Below are positions 1-12,989 of a stretch of 64,000 bases of DNA, piece after piece. The notes below the pieces were generated by a model, which saw only the letters and a program-made list of their open reading frames with translations, did no database searches and had not been told where the DNA came from. The translations under genes and the position numbers were made by a program. Position 1 is the first letter of the stretch. The number at the start of each line of letters is the position of its first letter. Source of the stretch: Trichoplax adhaerens (taxonomy: Eukaryota > Animalia > Placozoa); assembly GCF_000150275.1 (NCBI RefSeq), contig NW_002060945.1, positions 6,935,607-6,999,606 on the forward strand, in the 5' to 3' direction.

Positions 1-2571
1 CATAGCAAAGCAACTTTTTACGATACAGTTATTACCTCTGCTAATAGATTTACACTACTAACTTTAGATAGATCGTTCTTGAATAATATAACTATGATAT
101 TAGTAACCATATATAAACCTGTACATTACATGAAACTGTTAAAATTTTGACAGTATACAGAATTGATTCTGGTATTTTGTACCGAAACGTACTAAAAGTT
201 TTGTTTCATCATAAATGGATTGTGATAAATGTAATTGTGTGACATTTTAATTGACAGTTAACAGAAATTCTTAGTTTACTTTACTAGAGAAATTCAATAA
301 AAGTTAATTACACTCTCAGAATACAATATTTACCTATTTAATTTATATCCTAGCATATATACATGACTTAAGACAAATTACTCGCATTAATACGATTGCA
401 TTCATAATATATATTAGTAATTTGTCTGCCCTAGTTATATTAATTGCTATAAATATTAGAAATTATACCCGGCGCCTAACTAACGGTAGTATTTATTAGC
501 TTTCACTACAAGATACTAATAATACTTACGTTCTAAAGTAATATTTTAGATGTATAATTCATCAAATACTTTAGTTTTGCAGAATAAGATCTTTGGAATA
601 TATGTTATATATACTTATGATGCTGAAAATTGTCTAAAATTACATAAGGGGTATGTATAGACTGTGCTATGAGTAACATGAGTTAAGAGCAAAATAAGCG
701 ATGAATTTATTAACACAGCACTATACAATAAATATATAAGTATTCTTTTACCTTATTCAGCAAGATAGCGATATATATTTACTATAGTCAAAATTAATTT
801 CACAGCCTACATAAGCATCGTATCCAGTGTGAAGAATAGTACCACTTATATAGAGTTATTTCTGATTACAAATTATAGGATATATCATATGTACTATGCT
901 AGCTATTACATCTCCTTGATAGGAAAATACCAGTATAATTTATAGAACTACTTTACCACATATTCTAAAACATTGCAAGTTTTCGTGTTAATAAGTCTTC
1001 TATCGTATTTAGAACTATTATGCATTACTTTATAGCTACTCTGTTAAAGTGCAGAATCATACGATCTTACTACCGGGTAATTCGTGTAAGTTTTAAACGG
1101 TGGTACGTACATATACCTGTAAAAGTATGCATTATAAAGTGAATCATTATGATTATAAAAATACTCCTCCATAACTAAAATTGCTGTCTTTTATTTATAA
1201 TACTATCGTAATCAGAGAGTATTATGAGAATGTTTGATTTTAATGTATCATCATCAATATAATGCCAATGTTATACGAACATTAAAAATGTTGCTTTATT
1301 AAGTAAATTTTGCTAGGATAAATGATATGTCCCGACATGGCATATTATAACATAATCTGCAAAGCTGCTACTTTGGCTACACTGTATAAAGGATGATAAT
1401 ATGTATAAACTCATTATTGTAGCATAGTGATTAGCAAAATGCAAGAGAGCAGTGCAAGACCTAAAAAATGCCATAAGTGAACTTATTCAATAAATAATTG
1501 ATAAGAAATTTGCCTACTATACGGTTACAAGGTAGGAAAACATTTCATTTTAGTTTAAAATTAAGGTGGAGTATATATATATATGTATTATATTGTTTTC
1601 GTAAACTGAAATATTGGAAATGTGAGTCCGTAGAAATGGGTGTAAGACATTAACACTATATCTTTACGTTATTAAAAGTATAGCATAGCTAGCCAAGTTG
1701 TTGGAGGCTTGTAGCGCGTTATGAATACATGTAAAGTTATCACTTCCTGAACAGAAATTGCCTTGCGTGTAAAACTTGCCGAATGTTTAATTGAAATAAA
1801 TATTAAAATAAGAATATTCTTTCATTGCACCTTTGTATAGTATAAGTGCATAGAAGGACTATTTATTTATAACAATAGGAGAGAAGATATTTAAATGATT
1901 GCAAAGACAACAGCAAAGAGAATTTAGTGCCTTATTACCTTACACATTTAAAATGTTATCTTCCCATCGGTGTATAGGGTATAGTAAATTTACTCGATTG
2001 TAGCTGCAGCTTTAATACAGTATTTTAATCTTTTTTTGATAGATTGCTATAATTGATTTAGTGAAAGAAAAGGCTTAAGTTAAGGATAGGCTTAATTTGG
2101 ATTTAATATGAGTTAATATCAGTCTTAAAATTATACTCTCTCTTTGCTATTGTAACTTAACGTAAAGCTGTCTTAATATCGTATGGTATCAAGTTATACT
2201 CGTATGTGATTCTCGTATTACTCAAGAAGTATAAGCAATGTAGCTTTCAAATCTAACCTAAAAATGCATTTGAACGTTTATTTTCAGAAATTTAGTAATA
2301 ACAATAGTTCTCCTTTTTGTCATGTTTGTTAAAATTTTATGTTAGCTGCAACAATTCAGGATGTTATTGAAGGTATAGTCAATTTACTCTATTTAATTGT
2401 AGGAATAAAAATGATATCACTTTAATTTGATCTTGATCTGATTATGTAGCACGATATATTTAGATTATATTTGAAGTTATACTCCAGAGAGCACTAAATA
2501 GTAAATTTGATATTATCTAAATTAATTTTCATGTTTAATTAATAAGTACAGTACGTCTAGGGTTAAACAGT

Positions 2572-3675
2572 TCACCTAGTATTCTTTTTAGGTCTTGATA
2601 AATAGATTTTACGAGCATTTTTTGTTAACTTTAACTGTAATTCAGGCGTAACAACGCCATGCTCTGCCAATGTAATATCAATCTGACGCAATGTGAAATT
2701 GTGACGATACACATAGATCCAATGGTAATGAAATCGATGATTATGAATTGGTGTAATGCCAGCTCGATAAGCTAGTAGGCCAACATATACATCGTCAATT
2801 CCCGGAAGTTTTTTAATGAATGGAATCGATTCTACCATTCGCTCCAATGCTATTCCCGACATTAAATTACTAAAGCCAGAGCAATAGGGAGGGAATCGTT
2901 TCCATTTATAATCTAATGGTGAAATATAATATTTGTTTTTTTTATTTCGAATTGGTTTACGATTACCACGACTTACATAGCCAACCCAGTGCTTTCTTAC
3001 AACTTTCCATCCACTTCTATCGATGTGGTTAATGTACTCAAACATTCGCCATTTATTGAGCCATACATCATCATCGCCCTTGTAAAAAAATCTTGGTCTA
3101 CAGTATTTGTATGCCCAATACATGCCAGCGACAGTCTTTTCCGTTAAACTTTGATGGCCTTCTTTTAAATTGATAATAATCATATCACCATAACGTTCTG
3201 CCTCAGCATCAACTAGGTCGTCGCGCTTTTTCACGCCTGATCGGCCGACCACAAAAACAGTTTTCCATGTATAACTATCATTACGGCTATCGTTGATATC
3301 CCAGCCGTTGCCCCAACTTTCACGAATACCTTTTCGTCGTTTATAATGGTATGTATGGCTATTAATTGCTAATAGGAAGAAAGCCGGTTTAAAGCATGGT
3401 TGTGGCTGAGTGGAATTTTCAGTGATGAATTTTGTAATGTCATATTTAGGTTCAGCTTCAAAGGTTGGCAATTCACTTTCTTGTTTTTTCGGAAGTTTTG
3501 TAATTATTGTGGGTTTGGGCTTATTATTTTTAATCTCAGTAGCTTTCTTATTCCAATTTGTCACTTTGAAGCTACAAATAAAATCACCATAAATTTTTGT
3601 AACGATCAAGAATAATAATACTGCTATTAGCCTTCGCCACGAAAGAATACGACCAAAATGTCCACCCTTCGGCAT
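2572..3675 (-). CDS. GT31 beta-1,3-glycosyltransferase (B3GNT/brainiac/B3GALT-like), type II membrane protein, single coding exon
   Basis: 367-aa ORF with N-terminal TM (LIAVLLFLIV) and GT31 motifs FLLAINSH...RRKGIRESWG, VFVVG, EAERYGDMI, FFYKGDDDVW (DxD), FPPYCSG, IDDVYVG. An AG acceptor lies immediately before the ATG, suggesting a spliced 5' UTR. Confidence 0.93.
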   Translation of the reverse strand: MPKGGHFGRILSWRRLIAVLLFLIVTKIYGDFICSFKVTNWNKKATEIKNNKPKPTIITKLPKKQESELPTFEAEPKYDITKFITENSTQPQPCFKPAFFLLAINSHTYHYKRRKGIRESWGNGWDINDSRNDSYTWKTVFVVGRSGVKKRDDLVDAEAERYGDMIIINLKEGHQSLTEKTVAGMYWAYKYCRPRFFYKGDDDVWLNKWRMFEYINHIDRSGWKVVRKHWVGYVSRGNRKPIRNKKNKYYISPLDYKWKRFPPYCSGFSNLMSGIALERMVESIPFIKKLPGIDDVYVGLLAYRAGITPIHNHRFHYHWIYVYRHNFTLRQIDITLAEHGVVTPELQLKLTKNARKIYLSRPKKNTR

Positions 3676-6600
3676 CTAGGAAGTAGAATTGTTACATTTT
3701 CATTTTTGATAACCTTCTTTCAATTCTGAAGCAAGCAGATAATCTTCACTGCTCATAAATCTACTTTGACAGTATGCTACTATAATACTGTAGTTATATA
3801 GTTTGATAAAATCAGTTTGAAAGGAAATTACTTTCTATACATTCTATGATGTATTGCAATATTATCATAGCCAGTCTACGTCCTGCAGTACTACAACATT
3901 GTCTGTAAACTTGAAAAATAACAAAATGTGTATTTTATTTTAATAATTGTCTGTAATCACAAAGACCAAGGTATCAATATGATCAATATTACTTGTATTG
4001 TTTTTTTGAGACAATACCTTGAGATTTTTGGCCTTCAGGATATCATTTATTGCTTGCACGCTATCACCATGATTATTGAAATACCATTTCTTTTTATTAA
4101 TACAATATCCTTCTACTATCAAATTGGATTTGCCAGTAAAATCTCTGAAATGGATCAGATAGTGGCCTGTCATTCATTTAATGGAACTAATTTGAAATAA
4201 ATTCCATGAAAGTGCAAGTTGTAACTGAGTATGAATGAGTCGGATTCCTTCTATGGAATGAATGAAATTATATGATTATACGAGTATATAATATTGAACT
4301 TACAGTAAGTGCTTGTCATACCCACTAGTCAATATTAAAATAAAAATAATCATGCTCGGTTGCTATAGCCTGTTCAATATGACATGGACAGTTGTAAAAT
4401 TGTTCACGACTATTGTTGTGCTGGACAGCACATTGACCACTATCAAAGTAGTATTGTACGTATTATTACGGCCAAATAGACGGTTTAACATACAAGAATA
4501 TCTCATCGTACTACAATAATGATAAATGACTATACTATAGTCTAGGGAATGATGGTTTGACTACTTCTATACCCTAAGTAAGCTATGCACATTCCTTTTA
4601 ACATAAGGATACTTTGAATATTTTTCATTTTTAAGGACAGTATATTACATATGGTGTGAGAAAGATTTACCTTTAAATGCGCTTAATTGAATGTGTTCAC
4701 GGGCATACAGTATAACATTTACAATGACAAAGGGTAAGAAAATTCTTTTTGATCGCTTAACGTAGTGGAAAAATGGGACATTTATGAGATAACTAATCAT
4801 CAATGAACTGATTTAAAATGATAGAATTAGACAGTCTCAATATATAGCACAACAATACGTACAGATGTAGTACTCTATAACCGTAGAACAACAACCGTGG
4901 CGGCGTTGATCGATCCCTACTACCATACGGTATGCTATATTCTTCAGCAGGATGCCTGGCTCCTTCGCATTGAGAACAAGTAAAACTACTAGCTACGCCT
5001 TTGAATTGATAATCTCCTAGGTAGATGATTTCTACTCCTATTGCCGACTAGATTGAGCAATATTAGAGAAGCTCGTCGACGTGTTTAGAAAGTAATTTGT
5101 AATAGCAATAATAATTATCATTGAAAATACTGAATTAGAATAAATAATTAATTAGTGTTGTAATTAATTAATTATTTATAATCCGTACCGTTGCGGTGCG
5201 GTCCACTTCATCGTCTCTAACTTGACTACAAAGAAGAAATGGTATGCGCGTCCGTGCGTCTGTATATCTATGGCGAAGAACTTTTCTTTGACCTACTGAA
5301 AGAAACACAAAAGAGTCGACCAATGAAAAGAAAGCCGGTCATGCTCAGTCTACAATAGGTTATTGTTTTGCAGCATCCACTTAGATCAAGATCTTTACAT
5401 CGACTTCTGCAGTTGCACTGTCGCATAAGCTACTAGAATAAAAGTATTAATAATTAATTAATTATAAAGATCTACATTATATTATACTGTATTATAATAT
5501 AATTCGAAGTATAGTGGTGGAGTTACTATGCTTACTCGGAAGTTTTTCTTTCTATTTCCAGAGATGTGCCGTATAGTATTCAGCATGAAAGTACAGTACA
5601 GGACACCGTACTGACGAGTACGTCAGGGGATTTTACTCAGTAAAAGACAAGTCCCTAGTACTTTAACCCTTAAAGGTTAATGTCATACTGCATTGTGTTG
5701 TATTATCTCACCCTAAGTATCACCGATGCTCTATGGTCACAATCACACTACTACAATATTTGTTTGATGGCTTACGGAAATAAAAATGAAGGAAACACTT
5801 TGGGTAGATTAAGTAGCCTTATTTTCTCGACTGTTCTATAGGCAATTTCTGATATTAGACAGTAGTCTGATGAATACTGTACACTGTACAGCATAGTGGT
5901 GAGAACTACTACAACCTTGTTTATTCGTTCGGTAATTGGATAGTACACGCGCATTAATTGAAGTTCTTGCAAAGCGAGAGAAACAGAGCCTAGTCGAACT
6001 GGACTGCCTGCTGGTTTGGGGAATGTCGAATAACCGGCTGTCAGTAGTTAATCTTCTGCAAACCGATATGGTCCCTAATAATTTATCGTTCTGTGTAAGT
6101 GCTTTTTCAGCTGTGAAAATGTTTAAAGAGTAAATGAAGTAAATGGATAATATCAATTTGTTTTAATTACTGATATAATAGTTGGATAATTTGTAGTTAT
6201 TGAGAAACGATTGGCCCGTGAACATGTCTAGGATACATCCGTAATACCTTATTGTACGGTACATTTGTTCTTTGCAGGCTAATAATCAGCAAGAGGGCCA
6301 ATTTTAAATTTTCTCTTCTTTAAATACGTGTACGATATTTAGTAATTGAGTAGTGCAGTCCCTAACAAGTGCTGTACATACGCTCACACCGTAGAGTATG
6401 ATGATCATTTACTATTCCGTGGACAGTTGCGACACTCACTGTACTGTACTGATAAGGTTTAGCAGCGAATCGCAATTTTGCAGTTTTATTGGATAGAGAA
6501 TGAGATATTGAAGGTTGAGATGTTTGTTTTATTCATTTCTAATTGTAAAAAAATTAATATCCTCTATCGGCAAAATTCTTTCCAGGATTGCCAATACTAC

Positions 6601-6824
6601 AATCATATCCGTATTATAAACTGAAAGCATATTAATAATTTATACTCCATCATGCTTTAAGTTATTCTTTCACCTTACGTGTAGCACTGGGATAGGGAAA
6701 GTTAAAGCTGTGGAAGGACGTATTATATCATCTTTATGTTCCAATACAAATAAAAGTAAAGGTTGATTGATATATTTATCTAGGCTTATACGAGTATATA
6801 CTATAAATTAATGTACATGACAGC

Positions 6825-7865
6825 ATGCCAAGATCGGTGGTTATTCGAAAGTATATTGCTGTATTTATAGTTATAGCCATTTTTAGAACATATCTCTATA
6901 TTATATATACCACGAGATTTGGCCTTCGATTGCAAGCTAAATACATGTGGTTAGACTTTCAGCCAGCGCAATTACCAGTATTCCATATATATCCTATCAG
7001 ACATGGTAACGATTGTATGAAACTTATAGAATTTCAGCCTCCACCATGTCGAACCTCGACACTATTATTTTTAGCCATCAACAGCCACGCGAAGCATCAT
7101 AGTAGACGCAATGGCATTCGCAAAAGTTGGGCATCCAATATATGGTTGAATGGGAATAATAATGAAACTTGGAAAACCGTTTTCATAGTGGGTTTAACTG
7201 GTGATCGGGAGCGAGATGTTCGGGTAAATCATGAGGCATCATATCATGGTGATATGATAATCCTTAACTCTTTAGAAAGTCATCATAGTTTAACGGATAA
7301 AACGGTCACTGGTATGCATTGGGCCTCTAAATACTGTCAACCAAAGTTTTTCTATAAAGGAGATGATGATGTTTGGGTTAACAAATGGCGTATCTATGAT
7401 TATATAACTCATTTGAACACCAGTGTTCCCGAGGTTTATGATAATCATTGGGTTGGCTTTGTTAGTTATGACAACCGAAGACCTATCAGAAATATTAGAA
7501 GTAAGTATTATGTATCTCATGAGCATTATAGATGGGGCTTGTTTCCGCCTTACTGCTCTGGTTTTGCTAATATTATGTCTGGACAAGCACTACGGAAGAT
7601 GTTGGATGCTACAAATTATATCGAAAAACTACCTGGTATCGATGATGTTTACATCGGTTTATTAGCATATAAAAGTGGTATTCAACCGATAAGTAACCTG
7701 CACTTTCGTTTCGATAGTAGGCCTCTTCAACGTAATATTACTAAAAGGTATGTTGATCAAACCTTGGCACTTCATGGTGTCACTAAACCGGATAAACAAT
7801 TATTACTCAACGATATTGCTCGCAGGATCTATATTGGTAATCAATCTAGAAGGAGCTTAAATTAA
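6825..7865 (+). CDS. GT31 beta-1,3-glycosyltransferase, paralog of 2572..3675, single coding exon
   Basis: 346-aa ORF with N-terminal TM and the same motifs (LFLAINSH, RRNGIRKSWA, FFYKGDDDVWVNKWR, FPPYCSGF, KLPGIDDVYIGLLAY). Long blocks are identical to the upstream paralog. Confidence 0.93.
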   Translation: MPRSVVIRKYIAVFIVIAIFRTYLYIIYTTRFGLRLQAKYMWLDFQPAQLPVFHIYPIRHGNDCMKLIEFQPPPCRTSTLLFLAINSHAKHHSRRNGIRKSWASNIWLNGNNNETWKTVFIVGLTGDRERDVRVNHEASYHGDMIILNSLESHHSLTDKTVTGMHWASKYCQPKFFYKGDDDVWVNKWRIYDYITHLNTSVPEVYDNHWVGFVSYDNRRPIRNIRSKYYVSHEHYRWGLFPPYCSGFANIMSGQALRKMLDATNYIEKLPGIDDVYIGLLAYKSGIQPISNLHFRFDSRPLQRNITKRYVDQTLALHGVTKPDKQLLLNDIARRIYIGNQSRRSLN

Positions 7866-9989
7866 TATATTGCATTATGTAAAGTAATACTGTTTATCTA
7901 CTTTTACATGCTCACTTTTTAATCAATTGTTCCTTTGCTTTGATAGTAAATTATTTTAAAATTCAATTGATCAAATTTATGTACCTTATTGGGTGCGACA
8001 AACAAATTATAATATACAACTTGCTTGTATGCCACAGTTTGATTGATGTACTGTCTCTTCTGTGGCAACAGAATGAAGCATTAACTTAAGCTTGATAGGC
8101 TAAAAAAGGTCAAAGATTCCATTTAACCGAAATTGAAGCTAAACTAACGACTGCGTATAAGCGTTCACAATGAACTCTGCAATTTGCGTGATATTGTACG
8201 TGTGCAAAGATTGCAATTTTTTGTATGCTAAATTCTACATGCTTATGGCCATGCATAGAAATATTATATAATGATGATTATTTTTAATTATTCTGTTATC
8301 ATATTACTGTTTTTATTCCAGTAACTGGCTGTTTGATGAGATATTATTATCAAATTCACCTATTTTAAAAATTTGTATTGTGCTATAGTAATTACAGAAT
8401 TAATTGATTAACCAAAAGGAATCAGATAGTGCGGCTTGAATCAGGAAGTACATTAAAATAAAATATAAAGCATATAATAGTTGATGTATTAACCTTCTTA
8501 TTGATACCTAATAAGGAATTACGAATTCTTTGGATATTTAAAGAAATAGACTTATTTGATTTTACGCATAACTAGTCTCGTTTAATACTACGTACTGCTT
8601 TTGTTTACTGCAATTTTGAAGGCAATAAATTAGTACGGTACATCCTGTCATGGATGTGGCAGATGAAAAATATACTTTGCGTTGTCCACTCTATTGCAAA
8701 GTTGCATAGTGATCAATTTGAGCAGGATTAGCGTGTGTAGCTTACACAAAGAAATTGACTAAATGATATCAAAATGACTCATGTCCAATTGCCCATCAAG
8801 TGCATTCGGTTAAGTGTTATTTTTTTGCCACAGGTACTCTTATGTATTAAATACCTAAGCTAGCATCGGAATTGTCAAGGCACACTAGATTCTAACTATA
8901 ATAATATAATGACATGCATTCCTATGAAAAAAAGTCTCGCTATTATATTGATATTCAATCAGACTTAGCTTATCGCTTCTAGTCACTGGGCTACAGGCGT
9001 AAAAGGTTTTTTTACTTGCTTTCCTGCATTTTAAAAATTTTTGGCCTGCTTTCACACAGTACAGAGATATAAGAAAAACTTTATAAAATATCAAACATAG
9101 GAATAAAAAGTAGTTAACTCATTATTTTATGAGTGTTTAATTCCTTTATAAGCCATTATGTTGATAACAAATGTATATTATTTATCGTATGCTAATGACG
9201 CCAATTGATCAGCATGATAATTTGTGAGAAGTATTTCTTTGTTGCTATGCTGTACTGTCTGTCATTCGAAGTCCAAAGTCCATGGCCCTTCCTAAGGAAA
9301 TTGACGTCTTTACGTAAACTCAGTCAGGGACTTGTAAAGAGGAAAACGGGATTGGTATTAATTTATACTACGGTAATTATACTACGTTAAGATTTCCATG
9401 GTGAAATTCTCAGTAATCTCTTTCGGATTTGCGTTTACGATTTAGAACGATATTTGTCTTACTGTAAACTGACTGTACGGCCAGCCATACAGCCATGGGC
9501 TTGTAGATCTTCGAGATCTACAGTCCTATCACGGATTTCTCGATACCTCGAAGTCCATTGTACAGTATTGTACTGCTAGATTTCTGCTACCTTGGGTTCT
9601 ACAGTATCCCCTACTGTTACTTTGCACGTTTGTATGAAAGAACCATACCATTCTACATTTAAAGTTTACCATCAAGAAAGTCGATGGAAGTTTACTAACA
9701 CTGACAAGTCACTATCATATTGTCAATACTGTACAATATTCGGAAGAGCTGGATGCGACAGCTACATTTCTGATTGCGGATACCTTTCGTATCTTACTGC
9801 CATGGTTACTAAATCTTAGCGATAAGATTAAGATTTAGTCGTCCAGTCCAGAACTCCATCTTTCTGCTGTCAACTCTGCAAAAGTTTGTATGAAGAAAAA
9901 GAGATTCCTATAGTCAATACCATTTTGTATTAAGTCTACCCATCACACGAAGTCACTACTCATGCGCAGCTCCTCGCAAGTCCCGAAAA

Positions 9990-10310
9990 TCATATACTGT
10001 ACTGTACAGTACAGTATTATAATAGTACAGTAGACCAACTACAGTACTGCACTGTTCTGTACAAGTGTACATTGATTGTACGAAACTCTTCTGACTCATA
10101 ACCCGTTGTTCAATCGTCTTGGGTCAACCCAGTATGGGTGTCACACTTGGTGCCCACATTGTTGACGTTGCTGGGCGGTGCTGAGAGCGTCGTTTGCCGT
10201 TGAGCAGACTCAGCCACCACCTTTATCTAACTGGTATCGTACGCTTCAACTGATCACTGCACTGACTCGACTTGATATTACAGTATTGCACACACAATAC
10301 AGTACTCAGT
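9990..10310. promoter_or_regulatory. CAGTA/TACTG palindromic tract plus GC-rich segment; probable USP6NL promoter/5' end
   Basis: Perfect 24-bp palindrome ATACTGTACTGTACAGTACAGTAT at 9994-10017, AP-1-like TGACTCA near 10092, and a strong + donor GAG|GTAAGA near 10558 consistent with a non-coding first exon. Confidence 0.5.
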
Positions 10311-12989
10311 GTGCAAAGCCATAGAGCCTTACCTTACTAAAACAATTATCCCTTGGGTTCACGACAGTGACTGTAGAAATTTCACTATTGCGTCGGACAT
10401 TGAAAATTGAATTTTTCCTTTCCTTTCAACGTTCCTTTCCAAGCCATTCTAAAATCATTGAAATGAAATTTTCAAGTACATTTCTGAGAAATTTTATTGT
10501 ATAGTATCTCCTGTTTGATCTGGTAACATCTATACTACCATTTCTAGTTGATTGAGAGGTAAGAGGAAGAATTACTGTCAACGGAATTTGCTTTTTTCAC
10601 CTCGCTTTTGATTTCGTGCCATACTGATAGCCATTTCTATACGTCAATTTGAGTTTACTTTCATCTAGTATACACGATATTCAATCTCATTTTTAAGTTT
10701 ACACTTAATGTAGTTGGAGAAAAATTGTCGAAAGAAATGAAATCACAATCATAACTAACGTACTCCTACTAAAGATTTAGTCAAGGCAATCAATCTTGAT
10801 CTTGTTCCATTGCTGTACTACCCATTGCAGACGTACCTAAATCAATCGACCAATCGGACAGCCTAAAGTAAACTTCTGCACTGTACTGCTGTACTTTTAA
10901 TTTTTATTATGCCGAAGTATGACTTGCCAAGTTATGAAATTACTAGGTGATAGTTCCATGTTGAATATGCAAGAAGGTGGTGAACAAGATTTTAATATTG
11001 ACTCCCTCGATTCCTCGACTACAGTACATTTTGGACAATAATGAATAAGTCATTCTCATGATGCAATGTACAGTACAGTAGTCTCTGAAAGAGGAAAAAA
11101 TGACTGATTATGATGACGGACCAGTCTCACCACGAATGATTCAATTTCTTACTCAAAGATGGACAGTATTGACCTACTCAAATGCTATAAAACGCCTAAA
11201 AACATGAACAGTATATGAGAATGTCGAGACGATAGATTAATTATACTTGTAAATATATACTATGACATAACTATTACTACTATACGTACAGTACACTGAG
11301 TACAGTATACACCTACGCGTAGGATGATCAAATATGGACGATGCATGCGTGTACTATACACAGGAGGCTTTAGTGCAGTCGAAAATCAACTTGTGTCTTG
11401 CCTACTACTGTATTTTTCCAGGTAAAAACCATTCGAATTGTGTAATACATATGGTAATATAGATACATTCTAAATGACACTATATCTCTAATTCAGTATT
11501 GAATGATTGAATTTTTTACTGATAAATATTAACAAGACACTATACAATACAGTACATAAAAAGACCGCTGAGTATACGAGAAAAAGGATGAGCGATATTA
11601 ATTCCTTTTCATCATAGCTGACCATTGCTGGCACTAGAGCCCATGCTATGATATAATTTTGTCATATCATGTCTGTCTGATTTAACTTTTGTTCAAGTTT
11701 TAACAGGAAAGCTGAATATAGAGGGTATAGCAGAAATTATAGTATGTATTTTGTGTCACGACAACGTTGCACTTTTACAACTTGTGCACGCGTATATCGA
11801 ATATATAAGCTTATTCATCACACAACTAGACCTAACATTTAAGAATGAAAGATCAATTGTCTTCCATGTCCTCTTAGTAATATCTACTAAATGCGGATGA
11901 AACATACTACCGCTACTTTACAATTGAGAGAAGCTCATAATAATGGACTACCTGTGCGTGCTGCATATTCGGGGCAGACAGTGCTGCAAATGATTTAAAA
12001 GCATTGATGTTCTGACGAGTCAACATATACTGAGATCTCAAAGATATTGACTTAGAATACAAGCTTATTACGCATAGTAAAGTTTAGTAAATTATTTCCA
12101 CTAGCACGCCATCAGAGTGCGCCTTCATCTTAAAATTCTGTTGCAAATACACCTGAAGAATGAGTTAAATTATTTATACTTACTCATTAATTTGGCAAGC
12201 TTCAATTTGGACTAGATCAATTAGTTCATGGCTACAGACCCACAGTATTATAATAATGGGATGAAAAGGATCAATTACGTTACGTGTATTAGCTTTTAAT
12301 TCTGTTTTACTACTATCAAAGATTAATGTATCAAATGCGTTTTTTATCCTATTTAGTCTGGTTCATACATAACGGTCGATGAACTGTGAACAGCATTTTG
12401 CCCATTACTACAGTATATTCCTGAGCTAGTAAACACGCCTATATCTGGAATCACAGTATCTTCTACATACTGTAGGTCATTTTCTCACATACCACGTAAA
12501 TTTCTGTCTCTATGCGAAATCGATCATGATCATTCTTATATCGGCAATAAAACAACATTTATATTCGTACGTATTATTTTTAACTTGGTTTAAACACATT
12601 CCCATTGGCGTACGCTAACGGATGTCGTCACTTTTTTTATATACAAGTATAATATACTATACGATTACCATTGGCAATTGAATTCCAGCTTCGCGGATTA
12701 TCTTCTAACATTGCAATAGTCGTTACTTGATTACATAACTCCATATAGCTTTTCGTTATGGTCTCACTGCATTATTTTTTATACCTATCACGCGTAAAAT
12801 GTTTGCAGTATTTTTGATATAAGTTAATGTATCATAGCATTGTTCAATCTGCTACTGAATGATAAAAAGATTGTTAGATAATATATATATAATTCATCTA
12901 ATATACAGTAGTATTGGTTAATATAATAAATTAAAGTATTGGCCTTGCATTTTTTATGTAATCAATTGGCAGATTGTTGATATACCAAA

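Noticed and set aside
3940-4173. 77-aa minus-strand ORF upstream of the first GT31 gene
   Set aside because: No recognisable motif; probably lies in the 5' UTR intron. Not supportable without homology or expression data.
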